The notes under the pieces are model-generated. The model had not been told where the DNA came from. It saw only the letters and a program-made list of their open reading frames with translations, and ran no database searches. Below are positions 48,601 to 60,600 of a DNA stretch of 64,000 bases, piece by piece. This DNA is from Haliotis rufescens (lineage: Eukaryota): assembly GCF_023055435.1 (NCBI RefSeq), contig NW_025964001.1:41416001-41480000 (forward strand), read 5' to 3'. Position numbers and translations under genes: made by a program. Position 1 is the stretch's first letter, and the number at the start of each line of letters is the position of its first letter.

Positions 48601-51600
48601 TAGAGCAGCTAAGGCAGCCTCCTTAGCACTTCGTCAATCAATGAGAATCTAGGTGATGATAAATGGGAAAGTTTGCAAGATCCAGGATTTTCTGCAGCCA
48701 AGCTATCATACCACTAGTAGCAGATTACCTATGTCACTTAAGAAGTAAAAGGCATCTTATGATTTGACACTGGGCACTTACTGGACAGCGATCAGTTTTG
48801 TACCAACTACACACTTATGGGATAAAACTTGCTACAGTTCCCGAACTGATAGATCTACACAGATCTTTCAGACTGCGAGTAATTCAGGCGTTACCATGAC
48901 TTCAGGTTCCAAGGTTTCTGCTGTCACTGACCTTCGGATATTGATTCGCTCCTACCACCTTATGGACCAATCTTCCAGAATAAGCCGTCCAGCATGGGTT
49001 CTCCCTGTATTCCTCCGTCACTTCTCTTGGCTGACTATAAACCACTTGTGGATAAAACCTCGAACTTTACGTTCATGACGATTTTCCTGCTTGTGTTGAC
49101 TCCTGCAGCTCGTGTTAGAAGGACTCGTGCCTTAGACGTCGGTTGAGTCCGGTTCCAGTGTCTTCAATAAGATAGCATTCAAAGTGAAACAGATCGTCTT
49201 TTCAGCCTCCACCACTCTCTTTGATTGAGAGCTGATGTCATGGAAGACGTCTCACTTTGTCCAGCCTGAGCCTACAAGATCTACTTGAAGGCATCTCAGA
49301 CCATCCGTCACTGTCGCAAGCATGTTTTCATCCACTTGTCGACGGCTGCAACTTCGGATGTATCTTGAACCACCATCTCCACTGGCTGCGTTCTATCATC
49401 CTCAGGGTCTACGCCTCTGAGGGACTACCACCCCAGCTGCTTCCAATCCTCATGAGATGAGGGCAGTGACTTCCACCTTGGCGTTGCATAGTATTGCACA
49501 CTTTCAGCCATCATTGAGGGATATTATGGCGTTCTGATATGGTCTTCACCTCCTACTCCCAGGTCACAGCAGCCACACAGTGCAGATGAGGAAGCCCAGT
49601 GGACTACAAGTCCTAAGTCTGGTTTCCTGTATATACTGCAATAATTTCATTTATTGCTCATGTTAATCGGGTTTCCCAGACAAGCTCCCATTGGGAGGGT
49701 ATATATGCTTGTCTGTTGGGACTTCGGTCTACGTCAATAGAAGTCACCATTTGGTGTGGCCATTTGTTTAAATGGTGTCCCGATCTTCTACCTGCTCACC
49801 TCTGCCTTTGAGCATGTGATGTCTCAGTAGTTGATTGAAGACCTGTGTGATAAACGGGTCAACACCAACAGAAGTCACCATCTGGTGCGGCCATTTGTTT
49901 AAATGGTGTCCCGATCTTCTACCTGCTCACTTCTGCCTTTGAGCATGTGATGTCTCAGTAGTTGATTGAAGACCTGTGTGATAAACGGGTATCGTCAATC
50001 GTTCCTCTTCTCATTCTTACCTTATTCAATCTCTACCTGAGTTTGATAGGTTGACGAAGCGATAAAAGAGATGCCAAGCTGGTCCGCCTTGTGAGGTCTG
50101 TCTTGTAGAACCTGCGCTGGGGACGGGGTGTTTGAAACAAGACCCCTCCTCCTATCCGGGGTGAGGTTAAGTCGTGACCGAGTAGATGTCGCCTAGCTCA
50201 TGGTTACGCGGTCGTTCCTGGAACAGCGTCCTGTGTGAAACCAAGGAACACATGATTCCCCGATGTCATGATGTATATCTCTTGGTAGCACAAAGAGGGT
50301 TTTTTGAAGCAACCCTTACACAAGTTTATCACTAATCCTTGTAAAATCCTTGAATTTTCCTGATTAGTTCAAGCTTCCTCGTGTACGTCTCACGGTTGAG
50401 GTCCTTACAGGCTAGGGTATCTGTGCCCCACCTTCCAACCGTGGGATTAATGCATAGTATGAGATAGGATAAGTTTAAAAATTTGTAAATTTTCTTATAA
50501 ATTGTATGTTTATATACTTATCCTATCTCACACGCTATATGCCCACCCAACCATCCCCGCATCACAGTTACACTAGCCTGAACGCTCAGGAATGAGAATG
50601 AGGGTGCTGGATATGTCAGGTGATCAGGACACTGGGGTCGTGTCGCACTGGATTTTAGTGGTGCGTGAACCATGATCACAGTGGTGATTGGTGATGTAAG
50701 GGATGTGTTTGGGTGAGTGGTGTTTTTTGAAGCTGGAAACTTTGTTCTAGGACGTTTCCACACCAAGATCGTAGAATAAGAAGAAATGCATAGTGTGAGA
50801 TAGGATAAGTATGTAAATATACAATTTATTAGAAAATTTACAAATTTGTTTAAAACAGGTTATGTTCTTCATTAGTTTAAAATCACAGAAACATAAGTTT
50901 GATTATTGTTCACACAACTTAACATTCTGTGCTTGTATACCTTGTGTTAGGCACAGTGGACTAAAATGTATTGATTTCATCATTCACATTTTGTTTGCTC
51001 CATGAAAGTCATTGATGAAGTAGGTTTTCTCTATATTACCATGTTCTATATTTCTGACCACAGCGTAATCAAACAGCCAATAAAACAGTTTCACATGCTA
51101 TGTGTACTCCAACTCTGGACATTGATAGGGCTCAATAATAGTTCGATAACAAGTAGTGTATTTCTTGTTATTTTGTATTTCAGCTGGGAGGGAGTGTTTA
51201 TGGACGATGAGAGTGGTATCAAACAATTCGATGTTTATGTTGGAAGTAGACCAGGTCACCAGGACATCTCGGAATTGAGACGAGTAGAGAACCATTGTGC
51301 AGAACTTGACATTTCCCAAACTATGAAAGATGGTCACAGTTTGTTTGTTACAGTAAAGGTGATTTTGTCAGTGTTATATAACTTTGGATATCCAACATGC
51401 TTTTAGTTAAGGTCCAGATACAATTATGTTGAATCTAGTGGCAGAATGCACGTTGACACTTTTACATTATTATAGAAGTTGAAGAGGCTGAATGGTTGTG
51501 ATAAAACGATCGCATGAGTCCTCAATTCCATGATTTACCATAAGTCATTAAGCATCAAAGACGACATACCGTATTTTCTTGAGTATAGTACGCAGCCATG

Positions 51601-54600
51601 TATAATGCGCACCCCCCTCTAGCGGATTCAATATTTTGGGGAAAAAAAGATTCATGGAATTTGTGTAATTACATGACTAATTTGTGTACTTCAGTATTGA
51701 TTTGTTGACATGGTATTTCCGGTGTTACGTGCTCACGGTAATGTCTTTCCATGGGGGAAAAAACATCAAAACTCATTAATTCGTGTATAATGCGCACCCC
51801 CTTCTACACACCTGTGTTTTTTGGAAAAAAAGGGTGCACTATACTCAAGAAAATACAGTAGTCAAAGTATGAAAGCATACATGTATTTCAAGCCAATGTA
51901 AGTCCTTCATTTATCAGTGAATGAACAGACAATGTATCTGTTTCCCTCCGCTCTGCAGGCCTACAACAGAGTGAGTCTCACCACATTCATCACGTCACAT
52001 GCCCTGGAAGTGGATACAACAGCCCCTAGTGTCGGCCATGTGTTTGATGGGAGATCATTAGCTGGTTCAGCAGGGGTGAAGGATAGAGATCATATTACCA
52101 GAACAGAGGACATGGGAGCCCACTGGGACGGATTTTCCGATTTCCATTCTGCAATTTCACACTTTTGGGTCAAGGTTGGGACTTGCCCTGGTTGTGAGGA
52201 CAGAGTGGCGGAATATGATGCTGGTGCAAGAACAGGTGGGTTTTATTAGGTACCAGATGAGAGGTATACAAACTGGTCAGGTCTGCAAAACAATGAACCT
52301 ACATGATGTTTTCCTGTTCATGACTTCAAATGGCATCGACAGAACTAATGGTCTGAAAGTATAAAGGCATATTTTTGTATTTAAAAAAATATTATCAAGT
52401 TAAAACAAGTTGTTATTCATAATACTGGTGTTAATTCGTTTTTATTATAAGAATACAGCAACAGTGTTCATCATTTCACTGTGACAACCCCAGTGCCATG
52501 TGAGGTAGATTAGGATTAAATGTATTGTCACTTAAATCAATCTTAGACTTAATTCTCTATCCTCATTACACAACATGGGCACCATACAACGTATACACTG
52601 TTCACCTTTGGCACCTTTGTATAATCTTTCGAGTTTTTGGAGGCCAGCTTCAAGTACATTGAGTTTCTCTACAGATATCCTGTGCATTTGTGTATTATAG
52701 GCACTCCAAGATCGTAGCTGAATTCCATTTAGGCAATATGTCTTGATTTCGTTCAATTTCAAACAGCATTTTAATGTTTTGTTATGCATTTTGCCCTGTT
52801 TAGTCCCCATTACCATCAATAGTCTGAAATAGATTTTAGCATTTACCACTTATTACTGAATGTTATACTGAATGCAACATTGATACAGCAAACTGAAGTA
52901 ACCTTGTGCTTATTTCCAGATGTAGTGTTCCATCACATTATATTTGCTGAGGGTGTCAGGTACTACGTGACAGTGACAGCGTGTAACAAGGCGGGACTGT
53001 GCAGCAGCGCCACATCTGACGGTGTCATCCTGGATCAAAGTCCACCGGTCCCTGGCAGCGTCATGGACGGCACACACGACCGAGACTCCCAGTACCAGGC
53101 ATCCAGGTTTGCTCATATTTATGCTAAGTTATTTTCATATTAACTTTATATTATGTTGGTTGGTTTGTTGTTGAACGCCACAGCAGTATTCCAGCTATAT
53201 CACGACGTTCTGTAAATAATCGAGACTTGACCAGACAATCCAGTGATTAATATCATGAGCATCGATCCACGCAATTGGGATTGATGACATACATCTAACA
53301 AGTCAGAGAGCCTGACCATTCGTCGCCTCTCACGACAAGCATAGTCGCCTTTTACGGCAAGCATGGGTCGCTTTAGACCTATTCTACCCAGGATCTCCAC
53401 GGGTCTTATATTATGTATATAAAATCACTATACATCGTGGTTATATTATGTATACAAAAATCACTATACATCGCAATATATACTCATTTGTTTCACCCAG
53501 TTATCAATACAATACTATAGCGATTGTATGTACGCAGGATTAATATAATAAAATTCATATCTACATGTCTTGTCACTAGAACGTTCCTGGGCTGCAAGTG
53601 GCATGGGTTCCAGGACACAGAGTCAGGTCTGGACTTCTATGAATGGCAGGTGGGGACAACACCAGGAGGCAATGATATTCTCTCATCCCAACATGCTGCC
53701 CTTGAAGAGGTGGCATTCCATACACTGAATGAAAGCCAGCTGCTTCCAGTCGGAAAAAGGATGTATATAACAGTTAGAGCGTTCAACAAAGCAGGTATGA
53801 GTAAATGAAAGATTCAGGATAAAGTAATAGTCATTTCAAGATACAAACACTTCGTGCTCTGCATTGAAATCAAGCTTTCTTTCATATCACCTACAGTGAT
53901 GAATATCCTATACCTTATCTGTCAGAAATGTTTTAAAAAACATTAGGTTGAACGTTTTAGATAATGAACATTCTTTAGGAATGACAGTTTGACATAATTC
54001 TACTTATGTTATGCGGCAAGTGATGCGGAAAGCATTTATAAGTATATATTAATTTATACCATTTCACAGTTAGGTTCAAATCATTTTCGTTTCTCTAAGC
54101 TATGAATATTCAAATACTCGGGGCTTTGGTATTTTATGTGATAATGACTCCAGTTGGAAATGACTCTAGGAACGTTCACCACATCAACATCGAATGGTTT
54201 CATCATTGACGACAGCGCGCCTGAGGTGGTAAAGGCTCCATATATTGCGGGAGGGCAGGGATCGCTGGTTGCCATGACGCTGATAAGTCGGTCTACTGTG
54301 AGTGTCAGCTGGGAGCTGAAGGACGAGGAGTCTTTCATAGAGAGACAGTACATCTCCATCTCCACTCATCAGTTGGGGGAGTTTGATTCTTCCTTGATGG
54401 AGGTGAGAGCCAACAGTCAGGTGTTGACAGGGACTTTCCAATACCAATTACTGAAACAAGACAAGACTCAAAGCATTAGCTGACCTTCTCAATCTTCGAT
54501 TTGATTTGCATTAATATCTGTTCAACAAACATGATAAACGTATGTAATTAAGTAATACAATCCGTCTACTGTATATAACAACCTTAACCAGAAGACACGT

Positions 54601-57600
54601 TTTCCCTTCAGATTCCAGGACTGTTGAGAGAATTTACCTTCACACAGCTGAAGCTTCATGACGGAAGTCACTACAGGGTGAAGGTTGTAGCATGCAACAT
54701 GGCTGGTCTCTGTACACAAACTCAGACAGGAGACATTTTGGTTGACAGCTCTGAACCAACAAGAGGTAGGTCAATATCAACCATAAACATAGATTTTGAT
54801 ATAATATATCTTATATACTAGTATTGAACTGTAGTGTGTGTATAATGAAATTATCTGCACAAGAACATCTTATTCAATCTCATCTTTGCAGGGGCACTTG
54901 CTGTGCAAACGGACCATGCTGCCAAACTGTCAAGGAATCAGTCTGGCTGGATGACTTGGACAACAAACAGCCTGAGTCTTGCATGGCTGGGTTTTGCCGA
55001 TCTACACTCTGGCATAGATCATTATATAACTACAGTTGGCTCTAGACCGTTTGCTAACAACTTGGCACAGGTTACAACATTATATATTTGACATTGTATT
55101 AACAAGTCTAGAGGTTAACTGAACTGATTTCGATTCCTATGTCACATCTATATTTTAGGCATTTAAGGTAACTACTTTGAGTGACATTTAGAAGTTGTTG
55201 TGATGAAGTAAGACGAGTTCTATGGATGAACAACTTCTTTATTACAATTAGTGCGACGTTTCGGTGTAGATCCTAACACCTTTATCAAGCAAGTGATCAC
55301 TTGATGAAGTTGTTCATCCATAGAACTCATCTTACTTCATTTAAGGTAACATCTGCATGCAATATTAAGTTTCAGAGGAAGAAAAGTAGTGTGGTTTATG
55401 ACTGATTTTCAGGGCTCCATTCATATAATTTGCCCGGCTATTTTGCCCCTTAAGCCAAATGGAATCTGTTTCAGCACATGACTTACTCTGGCTATTCTCT
55501 TGCATTGACAAGTAATAGACCTGTGATAGGTCTTCAGCAACCCATCCTTGCCCTAAAAGGCGACTGGCTGGATCGGGTGGTCAGGCTCACTGACATGGTT
55601 GATGCCTGTCATCGATCCCAAATGTGTGGATCGATGTTCATGAAGTCAATCACTGGATTGTCTGGTCCAGACTCGATTATTTACAGACCGGCGTCATATA
55701 GCTGGAATATTGCTGAGTGCGGCGTTAAACAACAAACCAACCAACAAGTAATAATGTTCTGAATGTATGTATCGTGTATGTCCAGGACCAGCTGGTGAAG
55801 GTATACCACAACATCAGTGGCGTCGACCTGGAAGATGAGGGAGTAGTGCAGACATTCAACATCAGCACCACTGACATGTCATCAACATCCTCTGTTTTCA
55901 TCACCATGAGGGCAGTAAATGGGGTAATTACTTTGTCATAGTTGACTTTCCTTGTTGGCTGCTGTTGTGTACATTTTCTCGTTTTTCTTCCTTTCTTTGT
56001 GGTTCACTTCGTTTCGTGATGCAGGTTGGACTACAGAGCCGCCCCCTCCATTCCGAGCTGGTTTTGGGAGGGGGAGGGGAGCTGGAATTGGTGAGACGGT
56101 GCAGCTCCTACAGCTGTCAGGGACACTGCGTCTGTGCCGTCCAGGACAAGACGTGTGGCACCAGTCAAGGATGCAAAGTGTTTCCAAATGGTAGGATTGA
56201 GTATTGTTTAACGCCGCTTTCATCAATACTCGGACAATATCACGGTGGGGGGCACCAGCAATGGGCTTCACACATTGTACCCAAGTGGGATATCGAACTC
56301 CGGAGGGGCCAATACAATGTCATGATAAAGTAACTGAAGACCTTGTTTAAATATAGTCAAAATATTTACAATTCTGAACATGGTTTATAGAAATAAAAGA
56401 TTTTCATTTTACACAAAACATCGTACTGCCTCCTGTCTCCACGTTATGCCCAAATCTATGTGACAGTTTTTGATGTAGGAAATTCTTCACTGACTGTCAT
56501 TGACATCATTGACCTTAAATCTGCGGTATTGGGCGATGACGTGGACTTCTCTCCCTATGACTCATTCCTTGCAGCAACATGGACGGTAACCAACATGCAA
56601 ACTGCCTACCCTGTGAGGTAATTGGTACCATTTCCACTTCCATTTCCAATATACTACTTCCGTTTACTTATGTCTGAGATAGATACAGGCCTTAAACGAT
56701 GTTATTTGCAGGTATGAGTTCAGTGCTGGGTATTCAAGTCTGTCATATCCGGCTGGGATTTATGAGGAAAGTAAGGAACGAGTGTGGTTTGATGCAGGAC
56801 GTCTAAAGTCTACAGTCATAGCACTACCGAAAGGTAAGGGGGTGGAGGGATAAGTGTGTTCTGTTCTGTATTTGCCTAAATGCTATGTTTACTCTATATC
56901 TAAACGCACATGAGCCTGTATATATTTTTATTCCAGGGCATGAGCTGACATCAGGGGTCAGTTACAGTGTATTTGTGCGAGCTTGGTATGACGAGGAGAC
57001 CTACAAAATCTACAAATCTGATGGTATCCTTATTGATATTACAAGACCAAGAACAGCGTCACGACAAGGAGTAGCGGTAGGAAACTTGCGTAATATACTA
57101 TCAGAATAGATATGAATTCATTCCATCAGTTTTGAATCTTACAAAACATATCAAATACATAATGATCACATATTTCATAAGATATGATTGGACTTGTATT
57201 ACAAATGTCCAAATATAATCACAATGAGCCTTTTTGATAAAGTCGTTTTCACTTCAAAGTCACAATTCAATGTTTTTCTTGATAGGTGAAAGAACTCTTA
57301 GAATCTGGAGACAGGAAAGACACCGACTATCAGAGCCGTGTAGATAGGATATACCTGAGCTGGAACAACGTGTTCATGGACACACAGGCAGGACTCCTGA
57401 AATACGGGGCATATACAAGTACTTCACCCGGCGGTATGTTTCCACAACATGTAACCTTTGGACAACAAAAGCATTTGCAACTATGTGTGTGCATTAATCG
57501 GAATGCTTAGAACTAAATGCAAACTTTGCCTGTGCCGGTATGTTTCAGGTTACAGCATACATGAGTCGTCAGGCATGACTACAACTAACTGCACACTGCC

Positions 57601-60600
57601 TGGGTTGTCTCTAGAATCAGACACAATCTACTACTCCAACATATTAGCATATAACAAAGCAGGACTGGTTGCTTGGGCGTTCTCAGATGGGGTACAGATC
57701 GATGTCACGTCACCAGTAGCGGGGATATTAGAAGATGGCGACGGTAGGCATAGGATTTCACCAAAGTTATGAACAAGAATCCAATACCATTAAATATTCA
57801 ATCATTACAGGGCGTATTATGTATACTGTCTGTGGGGTCACATATATTTAAGTAGTTCGGTGAGCATGACATTGTTTCATCATTACTTTCACTCTCCAGG
57901 GCTCGGTGATATTGACTACCAACCCTCCCAGACACGTGTAACTGCCTCCTGGTTTGGGTTTGCTGACAAAGATTCCACAATCAGCAAATATGTCTGGTGT
58001 GTTGGTACAACCAATGATACATCTGGATGCAACATCTTGGATTGGCAGAATGTGGGGCTACATACCTCAGCCAAGACACGCCTGGATTCACCACTTGATA
58101 ATGGTATTAACATCAATCATTCGACTAGTTGTTTTAAAAAGAAAATATAGTGTAACTATTGGAACATAATTATACTTCGAGACAAACGACGTGGTGACAT
58201 CAGACCACAGTGCCCACAGAGATGGTCCTTGGACCTTTTGCATTAAGTGGCAAATCAAGGGACTGAACCAAACATAAACATTATCTGACAAAAATGGTCC
58301 AGGCTCTTGTATCAATTACTATCACATTGATGCATAGCCACGAAGTGAAATTACACCACAAAGAATAGACTCGTAGCAATTACCATAATTTATTCATCCA
58401 ACAGATAGATGTAAATAACAATAACTAAATACCTAATTGTTGATTGTTTGTGTCAGACATAACGGTTCGCAGTTATAAAATAAATAAATACAGAGTTTTG
58501 TTTGTTCATATAGTATAGTGAACAGAAACTGTGAAAAAGAGTCCTATAAAGTCTTAAGAAGGCACTGGGGTAGGTTTATCTCATCAGTAAAATTGATTAA
58601 ATGTGAAATTAATATGCACAAAAAGACCCTTCTATGGAAACAATAATTTATGGCACCAATTCAGTCTTGTATCTCTTAGAGAAGCTAACTTCAGTAGTTT
58701 CTTTGAAAACGTGTCACCATTGCAGACACTGTGCACTTTGTAAAACAACATCGATCAAGGGCTCTAACGGTGCAGGCTCAAAATCATGTAGCAAGGGAAG
58801 TAACTCTCGCAAAATAATTTACGGGACCTATTATCGAAAACAGTATTGACAAGTATCTTATAGATAAGCATGCAAACATGTAACGTCATTCATGTAACGT
58901 CAGTAGTGTCTAAGAAAGGTTGCCCCCATTGCAGACACTTTGCAATAAGTTAAAAAGCATGGAGCAATGGTCTTAACTCTGTAACAAAATGTGCACCAAT
59001 TTTCAAACTTTTGATAAGTATTTCTTAGATCAACTTGCAAAGTTTCATTCATGTTACTTCAGTAGTTTCTGAGAAAACTTGTCCCCATTTCAGACAGTAT
59101 GCTTAAAAGTAAGTAAGTTGTAAAGCATGGAGGAAGGGTCATAACTTTCTTAAAAATGGATTTAAGACTTTTGAATTTCCGAACTCATTTTAGATCATGA
59201 CCAGTAATATCAGCGTGACGGACGGGCGGACGAACCCACTACTTCATGGAGGTGGATAATAAACATACATGAACACGTTCTTCAAAGCAAGCACAAATCA
59301 TAAATCAAAATAGAGCATTGCTTCGGGACATAATTTTGGTCACTGATGCGTCAAATTTGGAAATGCCCTCCGTGTGTCCACCATAAAACTTTTTGAAAGC
59401 TTGACTGAGGCCTTGAATGTTGTTATATTGATCAAACAACTTTTGAGCAAGAGTCGTTTGACGGTCTTTGAAATCTTCGTGGATAGAGCATGCTCGATTG
59501 TACCTCGAAAGTTGTGACATGTAGACAGCAAGGGCTTGAGCTGCAGGAATATTAATATTTTTCAACATGGAGGGAAAGTTGACTATTTGAAAGTTGAAAT
59601 CGTTCCTCTTGTCATGCCGTGGGGCGGTCGGGTAGCCTAGTGGTTAAAGCGTTCTCTCGTCATGCCGAAGACCCGGGTTCGATTCCCGACATGGGTACAA
59701 TGTGTGAAGCCCATTTCTGGTGTCCCCCGCCGTGATATTGCTGGAATATTGCTAAAAGAGGCATAAAACCAAACTCACTCACTCACTCACTTGTCATGCG
59801 GTCTTGTGGACAGTTTCTTGTCACTGAATCGTTATGAATAGATCTAAATATGAAACAGACATGTCAGTCTCTCTGGTTTCTTTTGTTGCCAGTTCAGGTG
59901 GGTACATCAGTTAAAAATAGGCATTTGTCTGATACATATTGACTATGGTACTGGTATTATCAATTCAGGACACTATCACTGTTGATTATAAGAGTCCTTA
60001 AAGGCTTTATGAATATTATTTACAGGAATTCAAATATGGACCAAAGTGTATGCAGTAGACGTTGTTGGCCACACATCTAAAGTGGTTGTATCAGATGGCG
60101 TCATCATTGATTCATCTCCACCTGTGGTTCAGAACATTGCGTATCTGGGAAACAATTTGTTGTCCAATCCTTCCTTTGAGGAAAGCATAAGCCGAGAATC
60201 AGCATCCAGTGACTGTCATCCTGAACCACCATCATGGGAGACTGGGAGGCACTCTTGCATCAAGCTAATGACATCTGGTGCTCCCCATGCAAAACATGGG
60301 AAGACTCTAGTTTCTGTACGAGGCAGCATACAACAGAGTGTCAGGGACCTTGAAGTTGGTGGCAAATACAAAGTAACCATCCATGTCGGGTATCCTTTGG
60401 ACATAACTATCAATCAGAAAGCAGTAGAAGGTTTCATCTCGTTTGGAAATGACCCCTTTACTTTCAGCCTCGATCCTCACCTTTGTGTAGATACGTGTCA
60501 TGATACTGGAGGGCGGATCATCTTGTGGAGCCAGTATAGCTTCACCTTCTTGGCACAGAACACCACAACATTGTTGAAGATCGGGACGTCCTCTAACAAC

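Noticed and set aside
59618-59700. tRNA gene (also 36124-36200)
   Set aside because: tRNA-like head continues into a SINE body and tail with a TSD; no proper acceptor stem.
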